Positions 38,478 through 51,300 are shown, counted from the first letter of the stretch. The stretch is 64,000 nt of DNA from an uncultured Thermoplasmatales archaeon (GCA_964563055.1 CAZLVP010000002.1:101552-165551), one strand, 5' to 3'. Translations and numbers: made by a program. The notes: generated by a model from the sequence alone, not told the origin.

Positions 38478-38645
38478 TCATAGCCACACTGTCAATATCA
38501 GGGAGAGGACCGATAAAGAACCCGCAAGAGCGAACACGAGCGTCCACTTCCTGCTCCTCCAAGCGTACTTGGCAATGTTCGCCATCACAGCGGAGATGAT
38601 GGCGACCAGTATAAGACCGATATAGATAATGGGAGGGATGTTCAC
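38478..38645 (-). CDS. Putative small two-TM membrane protein (55 aa, GTG start)
   Basis: Alternative frame to the track ORF 38467-38655. It encodes VNIPPIIYIGLILVAIISAVMANIAKYAWRSRKWTLVFALAGSLSVLSLILTVWL. Preceded by a GAGGGGGGG RBS-like run. Speculative. Confidence 0.25.
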   Translation of the reverse strand: MNIPPIIYIGLILVAIISAVMANIAKYAWRSRKWTLVFALAGSLSVLSLILTVWL

Positions 38646-38720
38646 CCCCCCTCATCCGGAGGAGGGGTTAAATTGGTTTCCATACACATACCATTTGGTC
38701 TTGGGTAAATATCGGGAAAA

Positions 38721-38790
38721 GGTTAAATAAACCAAGGTGATTACCATTTACAAAGATAACAACCGCAAGTTGTAAACAAGGTGATGAAAA
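38721..38790 (+). promoter_or_regulatory. Promoter of the grpE-dnaK-dnaJ operon, with an operator-like inverted repeat
   Basis: TATA-like TTAAATAA at about 38723-38730. Inverted repeat TTTACAA-N16-TTGTAAA (38747-38753 / 38770-38776) over the predicted TSS. Direct repeat CAAGGTGAT at 38733 and 38777, the second forming the RBS. Confidence 0.4.
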
Positions 38791-38791
38791 G

Positions 38792-39655
38792 ATGGGTGAC
38801 AAGGGTCAGGAGGCGCAGGTAAGGGAACCGGTCACCCAGATATTGGAATCTCAGGACGGAGCGAAGGTGATCGTTGAACTACCTGGTGTCCCTCAGGATG
38901 CTATCAGAATGGCCCTCTCCGGGGACGTCGTGAAGATAGAGGCCCAGGGTATGAGGGGCAAGTTCAGTACGATCCAGGTCGTCCCTTTCGAACCTGACCC
39001 CGAGGGCGTTGCCATCTCCTTCTCCCAGGGTGTACTGGAGATATCTTTGAAGAAGAAGCCCCTCCCTCCACCTTCGGGACCGGAAGCGGACCGATCGTCC
39101 GGAAGGAGCGATGAGGTCACCTTCTCACTGGAGCCTCAATCCAAAGAGGCCGAGAAGGTAAGAAAGGAACTGGAGAGGGCCCTGGATGAGAAGAACGCTC
39201 TCGAATCCAGGCTCAAGCTCCTTTTATTGGACTACCAGAACCTCAAGCGAAGGGCAGATACCGAGAAGGAATCCATTGCCGATAGGAAGGTGGAGGAAAC
39301 TGCAAAGGGCCTAGTAGAGGTCCTTGATGTCTTCCAACTGGGAAGGAACTCCCTTGCGACACTGAATATGGATGGGCCGCAGATGGAGCAGGTCCTCAAA
39401 GGTCTTGAGATGATGGAGGGCGGGATACTCACACTATTCCAGCGGGTGGGGGTCAACTCCGTCGAAACGAAGGGTGGTCAGTTCGATCCCAATATCCATG
39501 AGAGCATAGGGTTCGTAGAGAAGGAGGACCTAGCCGACGGAGCGATAGTCACGGAGGTCCGTAAAGGCTTCATCTACAAGGGCAGGACCGTTCGGCCAGC
39601 CCATGTGATAGTCAACAAGAAGGAAGGACATATAGGAAAGAAGAGGAAACATTGA
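38792..39655 (+). CDS. grpE: GrpE nucleotide exchange factor with an N-terminal alpha-crystallin (sHsp)-like domain
   Basis: C-terminal GrpE signature ([11 protein letters not shown]...[22 protein letters not shown]). The N-terminal roughly 100 aa, [28 protein letters not shown]...[10 protein letters not shown], fits the Hsp20 ACD pattern. Confidence 0.8.
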   Translation: MGDKGQEAQVREPVTQILESQDGAKVIVELPGVPQDAIRMALSGDVVKIEAQGMRGKFSTIQVVPFEPDPEGVAISFSQGVLEISLKKKPLPPPSGPEADRSSGRSDEVTFSLEPQSKEAEKVRKELERALDEKNALESRLKLLLLDYQNLKRRADTEKESIADRKVEETAKGLVEVLDVFQLGRNSLATLNMDGPQMEQVLKGLEMMEGGILTLFQRVGVNSVETKGGQFDPNIHESIGFVEKEDLADGAIVTEVRKGFIYKGRTVRPAHVIVNKKEGHIGKKRKH

Positions 39656-39677
39656 CGATAAAGAAGAGGTGACAACT

Positions 39678-41537
39678 ATGGGAAAGGTAATAGGTATAGA
39701 TCTCGGGACCACGAATTCCGTGGTCGCTGTGATGGAAGGTGGACAGCCAGTAGTGATCCCCAACAGGGAGGGCTATAGACTAACGCCCTCCATCGTTGGC
39801 ATAACCAAGAAGGGAGAGAAACTGGTGGGGGAGCTTGCAAAGAGGCAGGCCGTGGCCAACTCGGAGAGCACGGTCTCTTCGATCAAGAGGAAGATGGGCC
39901 AGAAGGTCAAGGTGAAGATGGGCGAAAAGAAGCTGACCCCCCAGGAGATATCGGCCATGGTCCTTCAAAAGCTCAAAGAGGATGCCGAGGCCTATCTGGG
40001 CGAAAAGGTCACTGAGGCGGTAATAACCGTCCCTGCCTACTTCGATGACGCCCAGAGGCAGGCGACCAAGGATGCCGGCAAGATAGCGGGCCTTGATGTC
40101 AAGAGGATTATCAATGAGCCGACTGCTGCGGCCTTGGCATATGGGCTCGACCGTGAGGAGGACCAGACCATCCTGGTCTATGACCTTGGTGGGGGCACCT
40201 TCGATGTTTCCATACTGCAGATAGGCGGGGGTGTCTTCCAGGTGAAATCCACCTCAGGCAATACCCAGCTCGGAGGGGATGACTTCGACAGGAGGGTCAT
40301 GCAGTACCTGGCCGATGATTTCAAGAAGGAGCACGGGGTGGACCTTTTGAAGGACAGCCAGTCCGTCCAGAGGTTAAAGGACGCATCCGAAAAGGCCAAG
40401 ATCGAGCTCTCCGGAACGCCCTCTACTCAGATATCGATACCGTTCGTCGCACAAGGCAAGGATGGGCCACTGCATATTGAGACCGAGCTCACAAGGTCCA
40501 AATTAGAATCATTGGTCCAGGACCTCGTTGAGAGGACCGGAGGGCCAGTGGAGCAGGCTTTGAAGGATGCCAAGCTCAAGCCCGAGAACATCAACAAGGT
40601 GCTGCTAGTGGGTGGTGCCACCAGGATGCCGCTCGTGCAGAAGAAGGTCAAGGACCTGCTCAAGAAGGAGCCGTCAAAGAGCATAAACCCTGACGAGTGT
40701 GTCGCAATAGGGGCCGCCATCCAGGCAGGTCTTCTGTCCGGCGAGGTGACCAAGGACATGGTCCTCCTCGATGTGACCCCCCTCTCTTTAGGTATCGAGA
40801 CCCTGGGCGGCGTCATGACCAAGATCATAAACAGGAACACGACCATCCCAACGAAGAAATCTAAGGTATTCTCGACCGCATCGGACAATCAGCCACAGGT
40901 TGAGATCAATGTCCTGCAGGGCGAGAGGGCCATGGCCTCCGATAACAAGACCCTGGGGATATTCACCCTCACCGGCATCCCCCCAGCACCGAGAGGTATA
41001 CCTCAGATAGAGGTGACCTTCGAGATAGATGCGAACGGTATAGTCCATGTGACGGCAAAGGACCTTGCGACCGGGAACAGTCAGGACATAGTGGTGACCG
41101 GGTCCACCGCCCTCTCGGACAACGATATCGAGAGGATGACAGGCGAGGCAGATAAGTACGCCGAGGACGACAAAAAGAAGCTTGAGGCCGCCGAGATAAA
41201 GAACGGAGCGACGGCCCTGATTTTCACAACGGAAAGGGCGATCAAGGACCACAAGGACAAGCTCGACAAGACCGAGGTCGAGAAGGTCCAGGGTCTGATC
41301 AAGGAGCTCAACGAGGCGTTAAAGGGGGAGGACCTGGATGTGATCAAGGAGAGGACCGAGAAGCTCTCCGAGGCATCCCAGACCCTCTTTGCGGAGATGT
41401 ACAGGAAGCTCTCCAAACAGCAGGGGCCACCTCCGGGAGAGGAAGGTAGGGAAGACCAAGCACCACCTCCGCCACCTCCCTCCCAGAAAATGGGTGATGA
41501 CGAGTACGTCGATGTAGATGCGAAGGACCTTAAGTGA
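39678..41537 (+). CDS. dnaK: Chaperone DnaK (Hsp70)
   Basis: [18 protein letters not shown] and the full Hsp70 signatures. RBS GAGGTG 6 nt upstream of ATG 39678. Confidence 0.95.
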   Translation: MGKVIGIDLGTTNSVVAVMEGGQPVVIPNREGYRLTPSIVGITKKGEKLVGELAKRQAVANSESTVSSIKRKMGQKVKVKMGEKKLTPQEISAMVLQKLKEDAEAYLGEKVTEAVITVPAYFDDAQRQATKDAGKIAGLDVKRIINEPTAAALAYGLDREEDQTILVYDLGGGTFDVSILQIGGGVFQVKSTSGNTQLGGDDFDRRVMQYLADDFKKEHGVDLLKDSQSVQRLKDASEKAKIELSGTPSTQISIPFVAQGKDGPLHIETELTRSKLESLVQDLVERTGGPVEQALKDAKLKPENINKVLLVGGATRMPLVQKKVKDLLKKEPSKSINPDECVAIGAAIQAGLLSGEVTKDMVLLDVTPLSLGIETLGGVMTKIINRNTTIPTKKSKVFSTASDNQPQVEINVLQGERAMASDNKTLGIFTLTGIPPAPRGIPQIEVTFEIDANGIVHVTAKDLATGNSQDIVVTGSTALSDNDIERMTGEADKYAEDDKKKLEAAEIKNGATALIFTTERAIKDHKDKLDKTEVEKVQGLIKELNEALKGEDLDVIKERTEKLSEASQTLFAEMYRKLSKQQGPPPGEEGREDQAPPPPPPSQKMGDDEYVDVDAKDLK

Positions 41538-41582
41538 GGTTCCCATCAGGGGTCGGTCCAAGGGGGAAGGACAGGCGGTCGG

Positions 41583-42704
41583 ATGAAGAAGGACTATTAC
41601 GAGGTCCTGGGCCTCGGTAAGGACGCGTCCAAGGAGGACATTGAGAAGGCCTATCGGAAGCTCGCCCTCAAGTACCATCCCGATAGGAACCCCGATGACC
41701 CCTCCTCTGCTTCCAAGTTCACCGAAGTGACCGCCGCCTATGAGGTCCTTTCCGACCAGCAAAAGAGGGAGCAGTACGATCAGTTCGGCTTCTCGCCCGA
41801 GAACACCGAAGGAGGGATGCCCCAATACCAGTACCAGAACGTGGACATGGACGAGGCATTAAGGATGTTCATGAGGTCCTTCGGAGGCGGGTTCGGGTCC
41901 ATATTCGGCGATGGAGGTCCTTTCGAGGATGGCACCTCCTATAGGCGCGGTCCCGCTAAGGGCGAGGATAGGGTCGCATCCTTAAGGATCACTCTCGAAG
42001 AGGCGGCCTCTGGCGTTGACAAGGATGTTGAGATAACGCATCTCGTCCACTGCCCCGAGTGCTCCGGTTCGGGTTCGAAAGAGGGGAAAGAACCCTTGGA
42101 TTGTCCCGATTGCAGGGGGACCGGTACTTTGAGAGTGGCCAAGAACCTTGGGCCGGTGCAGTACGTGACCACCAAACCCTGCTCAAGATGCCGGGGCGAG
42201 GGTAAGATAGTGTCCGACCCCTGCCCGAAATGTCGCGGTAAGGGAAAGGTCAGGACCACGTCGAAGAAGAGGATCAGCATCCCCCGCGGAATAGACAATG
42301 GTAACGGTGTCAGGGTCGTGGGGATGGGTGATGCTGGAGGCAAGGGTGGACCGCCAGGCGACCTCTATGTCAAGATAGAGCTCGAGCCCCACAGGTCCTT
42401 CGTGAGGGACGGAGACAACATTCTGATGGAGATATCCATAAGCTACCCACAGGCCGTCCTCGGGAACAAGGTCATCGTCCCGACCATTCACGGACCTGTT
42501 GAGATGAAGGTCCCACCAGGCACTCAGCCCAACACTATGATGAGATTGAAGGGCAAAGGTATGCCCAACATGAGATATCCCAAGCATCTTGGGGACCAGA
42601 TAGTCAAGGTTAAGGTCAATGTCCCATCGAACCCTTCTCACGATGAGAAGAAGCTTCTAAAAAAGCTCCTTGAGGTCCAGGGAGAGAAGAAGGACTTCAC
42701 CTGA
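41583..42704 (+). CDS. dnaJ: Chaperone DnaJ (J domain, G/F region, four CxxCxGxG zinc-finger repeats)
   Basis: [44 protein letters not shown]. Confidence 0.9.
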   Translation: MKKDYYEVLGLGKDASKEDIEKAYRKLALKYHPDRNPDDPSSASKFTEVTAAYEVLSDQQKREQYDQFGFSPENTEGGMPQYQYQNVDMDEALRMFMRSFGGGFGSIFGDGGPFEDGTSYRRGPAKGEDRVASLRITLEEAASGVDKDVEITHLVHCPECSGSGSKEGKEPLDCPDCRGTGTLRVAKNLGPVQYVTTKPCSRCRGEGKIVSDPCPKCRGKGKVRTTSKKRISIPRGIDNGNGVRVVGMGDAGGKGGPPGDLYVKIELEPHRSFVRDGDNILMEISISYPQAVLGNKVIVPTIHGPVEMKVPPGTQPNTMMRLKGKGMPNMRYPKHLGDQIVKVKVNVPSNPSHDEKKLLKKLLEVQGEKKDFT

Positions 42705-43371
42705 TGGGAGCGTATTCTAACAGGAGCCCATCTCCCAGCTTCTTGGAGCTTAAAAGGACGAGCTGAGCGGTCTCCTCAATGGATGATAGACCGTTGAAGA
42801 AGGATGGGCCGCTACCGCCGACCAGCATCGGTCCGATATAGACCGTGATGCGGTCGAACAAATGGGATGATATGAAAGCCCCTATCACACTGGGCCCCCC
42901 CTCTACAAGGACCCTATCTATGCTCCTATCAAGGAGGGACCTTGAAAGTCCTTGGAGGTCGAGCCTCCCATCGACCTCATCAAGTTCAATGACCTCAACG
43001 TCGAGCTCAATGTCGGAGCTGGCTCCCTGCAACCGCTTCCTCACGGCCTCCCCGAATCCCTTTCCGACAATGATGAGGGACCTTCCGGTCGTCCGAAGGA
43101 AGGAAGCATTGGAAGGGGTCCTGCCATGGGTATCAAGTACGATCTTTGTCAGTGGTCGGGGGGAGGGGACATGCTCTCCCTTGACAGTGAGCTTTGGGTC
43201 GTCCATGAGGACTGTGTTCACACCGACCAGGATCGCACCGAGCTCCTGGCGGAGGAGGTGGACCCTCTTCATGTCCTCCGGGGAGGAGATGCGGAGCCTG
43301 GAGCCGTCGGGGTTCGCCATCCTGCCGTCCGTGGTCATGGCGAAATTGATGTGATAGAAAGGCCGGTCCAT
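42697..43371 (-). CDS. RibD C-terminal-domain reductase (archaeal 2,5-diamino-6-ribosylamino-4(3H)-pyrimidinone 5'-phosphate reductase-like, DHFR fold)
   Basis: [34 protein letters not shown] and the RibD_C pattern. Convergent with dnaJ; the stops overlap. Confidence 0.7.
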   Translation of the reverse strand: MDRPFYHINFAMTTDGRMANPDGSRLRISSPEDMKRVHLLRQELGAILVGVNTVLMDDPKLTVKGEHVPSPRPLTKIVLDTHGRTPSNASFLRTTGRSLIIVGKGFGEAVRKRLQGASSDIELDVEVIELDEVDGRLDLQGLSRSLLDRSIDRVLVEGGPSVIGAFISSHLFDRITVYIGPMLVGGSGPSFFNGLSSIEETAQLVLLSSKKLGDGLLLEYAPIR

Positions 43372-43491
43372 CTTGTTACCAATTACCCTTGATATAGATT
43401 AGCCTTTAGGAAGATGAAGGGGGGGTTCGACACAATTAAATCCCTTAAGATGGCTTAAGAGCCCTCATCCCGGCTCCCAGGGGCAATTCAT

Positions 43492-44343
43492 ATGGACGAC
43501 ATAGAGATCCACGAGTACAAACGCGTTGACCTCAAGGACGCTCTGATAATCGATGGTTTTCCCAGCGTCGGACTGGTCAGCACCATAACCGCAAGCTACC
43601 TGGTCGCCACCCTGGACATGGAGCTCATAGGGGTCATGGACTCCGTTTACTTCCCAACGGTCTCCGTCGTCCGGGACGGAGAGCCCAACCATCCTGTAAG
43701 GTTCTATGTCGGCGATATAGAAGGTCCCTCCGGGGAATACACGCGGCTTGTGGTGTTCCTCTCCGAGTTCCAACCCCCTTCCAATCTCATCAAGTTGATA
43801 TGCAAGAAGGTCCTGGACTGGGCCCAGGAGGTAAAATGCGCGACCATCATCTCACCCGAAGGGCTCGTCATAGAGAACGAGGGTCAGGTCATGACCATCC
43901 CTAGTGATGAAGATGTTAATGTGATCGAACCTGCTCAGGAGGGACCGGGAGCTGTTGATGAGGAAGCTCCTTTGCCCAACGGTGAAAAGGCGGTCTTCGG
44001 AGTGGCATCCACCCCCTCGGGAAGGGAGAAGATATCTAAGGCCGGGATCCCGGCCTTCTCCGAAGGACTGATCTCTGGCATCCCTGGCGTCCTCATGAAC
44101 GAGGGGAAGAAACGCAACTTCGAGGTCATCTGCCTTCTTGCTGAGTCCAGGGAGAACATCCCTGATGCAAGGGCGGCGGCGGTGATAATCGAGAAGTTGA
44201 AGTCCCTGATCCCACATCTTGAGGTTGACCTCACCCCACTCTATGCCGAGGCCGCCCTTTTAGAAGCTAAGATGAGGGGCTACCAGAAGATCACAAAACC
44301 GGGCGGGAAGAGATCGATCCCCGCACCCTCTATGTACGGTTGA
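43492..44343 (+). CDS. PAC2-family (proteasome assembly chaperone-like) protein
   Basis: N-terminal LIIDGFPSVGLVSTITASYLVATL, typical of the archaeal PAC2 family. 283 aa. Confidence 0.45.
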   Translation: MDDIEIHEYKRVDLKDALIIDGFPSVGLVSTITASYLVATLDMELIGVMDSVYFPTVSVVRDGEPNHPVRFYVGDIEGPSGEYTRLVVFLSEFQPPSNLIKLICKKVLDWAQEVKCATIISPEGLVIENEGQVMTIPSDEDVNVIEPAQEGPGAVDEEAPLPNGEKAVFGVASTPSGREKISKAGIPAFSEGLISGIPGVLMNEGKKRNFEVICLLAESRENIPDARAAAVIIEKLKSLIPHLEVDLTPLYAEAALLEAKMRGYQKITKPGGKRSIPAPSMYG

Positions 44344-44358
44344 ACGGACCTATATTTA

Positions 44359-45123
44359 TCAAGCTGTCCTCTGAACGGGCGGGACCGCTGCAGGGAGGGC
44401 GGGTGTTGGAGCCCTTTTCTTCGGGGGCCTCCCCCTCTTTCCACCGGAGGCCGAAACGACTATGGCCTCCACGACCCCTGCCTTTGTCCTCTCGGAATAG
44501 AGCTCTTTCAGCTCTCTGGAGAGCCTTTCGAGGAAATCACCATGTGCATAGAGCTGTGTGGTGAGGGCTTTCGCGGTCCCTTTGGCGTTCGCCCTGTAAA
44601 AACCCAGGACCATTTGGTGGAAGAAGAGCTCGCTCGCCCTCTGGTAATCGAGCCTGTCAAGGCTCGCACCGCTCGAGATATAGGCCTCCCCAAGGGAGCG
44701 GCACAGCGACCTTATTGATGCCGGGTCCATGTAGCTTGCATCCATCTCGAGCGTGATCCCTTCGAAGGTCGTGTTCATCCTGGGGACCGCTTTGATCTCC
44801 ACAATCATCTCGAAAAAGTCGAACAGGACCCGTGGGACCCGGTCCTTCATGGTCGCGGGGTCCCATCCTGAAGAACGGCCCATGGTCTCCGAACCAGAGG
44901 AGAGCAACATCTCCGTGAAGGACCCGAACGAGTCCCGCCGGAATATCAATTTACGGTCTATATGATGTACAATAAGGGCGCCTAACATAGTCCTTACACC
45001 ATCGGTCAAGAACGGATTCAAGAGCTTGGATATGGGCATCTCTGAGAGATAGGCGCAAAGCCCCAATACCTGTCTGGACGGCTCCTGAAGGCGGAGGGCC
45101 ATGATATTGTTCATTTTTTCCAC
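44359..45123 (-). CDS. Hypothetical protein
   Basis: ORF of 254 aa with protein-like composition and a C-terminal basic PPKKRAP tail. Confidence 0.4.
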   Translation of the reverse strand: MEKMNNIMALRLQEPSRQVLGLCAYLSEMPISKLLNPFLTDGVRTMLGALIVHHIDRKLIFRRDSFGSFTEMLLSSGSETMGRSSGWDPATMKDRVPRVLFDFFEMIVEIKAVPRMNTTFEGITLEMDASYMDPASIRSLCRSLGEAYISSGASLDRLDYQRASELFFHQMVLGFYRANAKGTAKALTTQLYAHGDFLERLSRELKELYSERTKAGVVEAIVVSASGGKRGRPPKKRAPTPALPAAVPPVQRTA

Positions 45124-45310
45124 CAGGTCAGTAGAAATTAATTTATATTTCCTATATTAAGTATGATGTATAAATATTTTTATTATTACATTTGTTTAAC
45201 ATGATTATTAAAAATTTAATTATTTATATGCCACTATTTTATAAAATCGCTAGAAAAGTGACGGCGAAGACTTATATAAGGAATTTCATCTCACACCTTA
45301 GAGGTATCAA
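45120..45310 (+). promoter_or_regulatory. Extremely AT-rich promoter island upstream of the largest surface-protein gene
   Basis: About 190 bp at more than 75% AT in a 58% GC background. Multiple TATA-like boxes (TTTATATTT, TATAAATATTTTTATTATTA, TTATATGCC). Confidence 0.4.
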
Positions 45311-45311
45311 C

Positions 45312-48300
45312 ATGTCGGCCGATTGGAAGAAGTACCTGATGCTATCGATAACCATTATGCTCATCGCGAGCGGTCTTGCGGTGTTCATATACAATCTACC
45401 CTTCGCTGAATCGGCGGGGGCCTATGATGTCAGCCTCACGGTGGACAATGCGAGCAAAGAGGTCTCAGTTGGGCAGTCAGTGTCCTATCTGTTGACGATC
45501 AAGAACGAAGGGAACAACGGGGACAGGTACAACATAGCCAGTTCCGTCTCCCAGAAACCCACGGCCTCCTGGCAGGTGACCTTGAGCCAGACGACGACCG
45601 GTAATATCGGAAGCGGCTCGTCCACGACCTTCACTGTGCAGGTAAGGGCCCCATCTAACGCAACCATAGAGAGCTACTGCTACGTTACGGTCACGGTGAC
45701 CTCGCAGACGGATGCGAAGAACTCCACGGCGTCCCTGCTCCTCACGACCAATGTGAAGAGGTCCTATGGTGTGTCCATGACATCCCCGGGGATCAGGTAC
45801 CTAAATCCCGGTGGTTCAACGACCTACACGTTCAATGTGAAGAACGAGGGGAACGACCAGGACGGATACAACCTCCAGGCGATCACCATCCCGACCGGAT
45901 GGGTCGCTAGCATCGATTTCAACTCAGGGAAGTTCGCCCCGACCACCACCAAGCAGGCGAAATTGACGGTCCAGAGCCCTTCCAACGCAAAGGCCCTCAC
46001 TTATCAGTTCCAGGTGAAGGCCTCATCCATAACCGACAATCTGACCTCGGCCACCATGACCATAAGCGCGGTCGTGAACCAGACCTACGGTTGCCTAGTA
46101 TCCTCTGATGGTGTCAAGACGGTCGATATTACGACCCAGAGCGTAGTGGCCTTCAACGTGAGGGTCACGAACATGGGGAATGGGGAGGACAGGTACAACC
46201 TCGAGCTCTATGTCCCACCAGCCTCCTCCTCCAAGGGGTGGAGCGGCGGTCTGAGCGCTTCACAGACCAGCAAGCTCCAGCCCGATGTATCACAGAACGT
46301 CACTCTTTCAATTTTCACTCCGTCCAAGTCCACCAACCCGGCAAAGGGCTCTGTGGCAGATTTCTACGTGAACTCGACCTCCGTTGGCGACCCAACATTG
46401 AAGAGGCAGGTTAAGGTATCATGCTCGGTCCTGGCCTATTATGATGTGAGCATAGCCAATACCGGTGCTTCGACAAAGACAGTGGACCCGGACTCCACGA
46501 CGACATTCACCTTCACGGTGACCAACAAGGGTAACGACCAGGACACCTTCGACCTTGATGTCAGTTTCCCGGAGGGGTTCAGGGATTCGTTCTTAGAACC
46601 TTCCACCATTACGCTCGCTGCCCAGGCGACAGGAACGGTGACCGTAACCATCGATCCGGATGCGGACCTGGTCAAGGCCCAATCCTACGGTTTCAGGATC
46701 AACGTCAACTCGACGACCCACAATGCGAAAGCTTATTCCGACTTCTCTGCATCGATATCGAAGAAATACGGTGCCTATCTCGATGCTCCGAACGGTGCCA
46801 TAGTGACCAATGGTCAACCCGGCAGCACGTATAAGGTCCAGGTAAGATTGCAGAACAAGGGGAACGGAAGGGATGCCTTCGACCTTACCGTCAAGGGAGA
46901 GACCGGCACTATCGAATCCACCTGGCGCCCGCTCGTGTCGTCTTCGAGCACCCCTCTCCTTTCGTCCGAGGGTTGGTTCTATTTCAATGTCACGGTCGTG
47001 GCCCCCACTACTGCGAACGAGGGGACCTACAGGTTCCTGGTCAATGCCACCTCACAGAACAATCTTTCGACCAAGAAGACGCTGTTCCTTTCGGTCCAGA
47101 TCCCCCAGCTCTACTCCGTTGACATCAGCGCAAACAAACAGAGCGTCAAGGCAAAGTTCTCCAATGCCTCCGGGCCTGTGGAGAAGGCCACGTTCAACCT
47201 CGATGTCTACAATAGAGGTTCAGGTACGGACCCGTCCATAACTCTGTACGTCAAATCCGTCCCCTCTGCGTTCACCGGGCTTTATTCCATATATTTCACC
47301 GAGAACGACAAGAGCAAGATATCGATAAACGCCGGGCAGTCCAAGCCTGCCAAGCTCGATATGGACATGCCAAAGATCGGCTCCGGTGTGGCTGCTGGGA
47401 CCTATTCGATAGTCGTTGAGGTAGTGAGCGACAACGGTACGATCACCAAGACCAGCGACGACAAGAGGACGGAGATCACATTGAGCCTCATCCTGGAACC
47501 TGTCCACAGGGTCCAGATCCTCGCAGGGATAAACAGCAGCCAGGTGAACATAGGGAGCGAGATTCAGTTCAGGGTGATCATCCAGAACAGGGGGACGACC
47601 TCGGATTACTATCAGATATCCCTCAACCATCCCAACTACGGGACGAAGGTGAAATGGTCCATCCCGGACACCAATCTCACGACGAAGATACTGGCCCCCC
47701 TCGAGCAGGAGTCCATCTACCTGACGGCCTCGGTCGCAACCGGGGCAGACCCCAACTGGGGTTCGGTGTGGGTCAAGGTCACTGCTACTCATTCGAGCGA
47801 TATGACGGTCAAGGACGAGAAGTACTTCACGGCCATATTCGCGGATGCTTTCAGCGGCGACCTCTCCACAACAAGCAACTTCAGGCAGACCGAACCGGGA
47901 AAGAGGGCATGGTACAATATTACCCTTGAGAACTGGGGGACTCGGACCTCGGATACTTTCCGTATAGAGATAGAGGACGAGTTCGAATTCGATAACATAG
48001 CCATATCCCCCTCCACCATCACCCTCTCCCCGAACCAGAGGGTCAGGGTGTCCATTAACATCTCCATACCCTCGATAAATGACAAGATAATCCCCACTGG
48101 GACGTATGATATGGTGTTCAGGGCGGTCTCGGAAGGTCCCACCACTCAGAAGAACGACGATGTCGTGGTGGACAACATAACCCTGAAGTTGAAGGTCATG
48201 CCAGTTTACAAGGTCGAGTTCCTCATACCTCAGGGTTCGTCCACGGTGGATGTAGGAACGACCCTCAAGGGGGTAAAACTGAACGTGACGAACAAGGGGA

Positions 48301-51300
48301 ACGAGGTCTCATCGGTAACAATGACCATAGACCCTACGACCCAGTCCAAGTACAACAGCTGGGTGACCATCACCCCAGGTACCATATCCAACCTGAAACC
48401 CAACGCTGCGACAGATGCCCTCGTCGATATCAAGGTCCCATCCACAGCCGCTGCGGAGAAGGTCACCATAACATTCAGAGCGACTGTGTCCGGGAAATCG
48501 GTCTATTCGACAGCGACCTTCGATGTCATAGTCGACGAGAACTACAAGGTGGACCTCCTGGTCTCGGACTCAATAACCGTCAAGGACGCGGACCCCAAGG
48601 ATACCGTTTCCTACACCGTCAAGCTGGTGAACGAGGGTAACACGGTGGACGGTTTCACAATAGAGCTCTCATCCTCCAGGTCGACCTGGGCCAGCTTCGG
48701 TTTCAAGACCGGGAACACGAACACGTCGGATACCTTCAGGGACAATATCGCAGTGAAGGTTGAGACCAACATCTGGTTGAAGATAATCGTCCCCGAGAAC
48801 GCTCCCGCAGGCGAGGTCACATTCACCATCACCGCCAAATCCAAGGGCGACGAGGTAAAGACCGATTCGATATCTCTCCGGGTGAACGTGAAGGCAAGAA
48901 GGGCTGTTGAGCTCTCGATATCCGAGGAGTCCAAGGACCTTGTCCCGGATGTGGATGCGGAGTACACAGAGGTCACATACGACGTGCAGGTCATAAACAA
49001 GGGCGAGGCATCGGACTCGTTCAAGCTGGAGGTCGTATCCACCACCTCCTACCACCCATCGGACATAGATTGGGCCAGCACTCCAAAGTCGGACCACCCG
49101 ACATGGGTCATACTCAGCAAGAAAGTGACAGGGACCATAGCAAAGGACAACTCAGAGACGATCAAGGTCACGGTCAAGGTCCCCAAGGACGACTATATCC
49201 CGGGCAAGTTCGATTCGGTCATATGGGCATACTCCGAGGGGGATACTGGAAGGTCGGACGATATATATTCCAGGGTGCTCGTGCTTACGACCAATATAAA
49301 ACAGGCCTATGGAAGCGACATACTTGGCGATGATCTTTACAGGACGCGATTGGACACTATGGACAGCTCCAAGATCTACGCGGTCTACAATATTATGGTC
49401 AGGAACACGGGGACAGGGCAGGACGACTTCAAGCTGGAGCTAAGAGAGGAGCTACCTATAGATTTCGTCTTCAGCTACACACCGAACACCCCTCAGGTCT
49501 TCGATGTAGCGAAGGGCGCAACTTCCTCTATCACCGTGAAGGTAGAGATGCCGGTCACGACCCTTACCCAGAAGTATACCTTCGAGCTACGCTGGGTATC
49601 TGCCGGAGAGGACGGGTCATGGGACAATACAAAGGACTATGTGACACAGTGGAAGGAGATAACCATAGACGTCGCCCAGACCTACGGTGTTTCATTGGAC
49701 GTCGTCAACGATAAGCTGGAATCGGAGGTGGGCAAGGACGTCACCTTCGACCTCACCATTGAGAACCAGGGCAACAAGGAGGACACCTTCAGGATAGAGG
49801 TTAACGAGCTCAGCGACACCACCTGGTCGACCCTATCCAAGGTAAAGGTCACGCTCCAGGCCCAGGGCAAGACCGGGGATGATTCGAAGTTCGTCCTCAC
49901 TGTGAGGATACCCCTTGATACGGAAAAGGCGGAGGCTGGGAAATACTTCTTCAATGTCACGGTCAAGAGGGACTCGAACAACAAGGCCGAGTGGGAGAAG
50001 GCGACCAACTTCGTCAACCTCCAACTCACGGTCAAGGAGAGCTTCGACCATGTTCTGACATCGGAGGATGAGGAGGAGAAGGCGAAATTGGGAGAGAAGG
50101 CCACCTTCACGTTCAAGGTCCAGAACAAGGGTAACGATGTGGACACCTACCAGATGTCGGTGAAGGGCACCAAGAACAAGTGGGCCAAGCTCACACCCAC
50201 GACCCTTACCCTCGACCCGAAGGAGGAGGCTTACGTCACCCTTGAGGTCACGGTCCCATATCTCGGTGAGACGACCCTTGGCACCTATGTGCTCGACCCC
50301 GAAGAGGTAAAGGCCGGACAATATGACTTCGATGTAGAGGTCAGGTCAACTGGCTCCTCCGATGAGGACATAGAGACCTTGACCTTCACCCTTGAGGTGG
50401 AGCAGTTCTTTGAAGCTTCCCTTTCCAGTTCCGACCCCGCGACCACCACAAGCCAACCTTACAGCTGGAACGTCAACGATGTGAAGACGCTCGAGCTCGA
50501 GTTCACAATCGAGAACCTGGGGAACAAGGACGATACGTTCTTTGTGAAGGTCCCGACGGCACCGACGGGTTGGAGCATATCCATCACCCCAACGAGGCCG
50601 ATAGTGAGGATAGGCGATGCTCAGACGTTCAAGGTGAGCATCGATTTCAACAGGGTGTCCGGGTTCGAGTACGGCAACAAGTCCCTGCGGTTCGAGGTCC
50701 AACCAGCTAACGGGGCCATAGAAGGGAAGAACGGGAGGATCAGCGTTACCTTCCATCTCTGGGCAAAAACGCCTGACCTGGTAGTTACCGAGAGCGCCAT
50801 GAAGGTCCCATCCCCAATGAGCCCTGGAGAGAAGTACAAGATAGAGGTCACGGTGCGCAATACAGGCGATTTCAAGGCAGAGGATGCGGAGATAGCCCTA
50901 TACGATGGGAACGACCAGATAGATGTCACTACAGAGGACATCGCCGCCGGTGGCTCCGTTACGTTGACCTTCGATTACTCGGCGAAGACCGGTTCAAGGA
51001 ACCTGAGGGTCGTCGTAAGCCCCGACCTCATAGAGAGGGATACGAGCAACAATGAAGCGAAGGTCACAAGGGAGGTATCGGCGTTCAGCCTGTCGAGCAT
51101 ACTGAGCTCCGGCTGGCTCCTGGCCGTTCTCCTAATACTCTTCCTGATAGCCCTTCTAGTGGCGGTCTTCATCGGCTGGAACAGCAAGAGGGAGGTCAGG
51201 GAGCTGGAGGATGTCGTTGCTAGGTTGAAGGCAGAGAGGGGCATGGACAAGGGCGGACCCAGGAAGACTATCAAGGAGGCCTCAGGGGCACCAATGCCCT

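Noticed and set aside
38467-38655. Track ORF encoding a His/Arg-rich 62-aa peptide
   Set aside because: An alternative frame on the same strand gives a far more protein-like two-TM small protein with an upstream RBS. The His-rich frame was judged spurious, though neither frame is certain.
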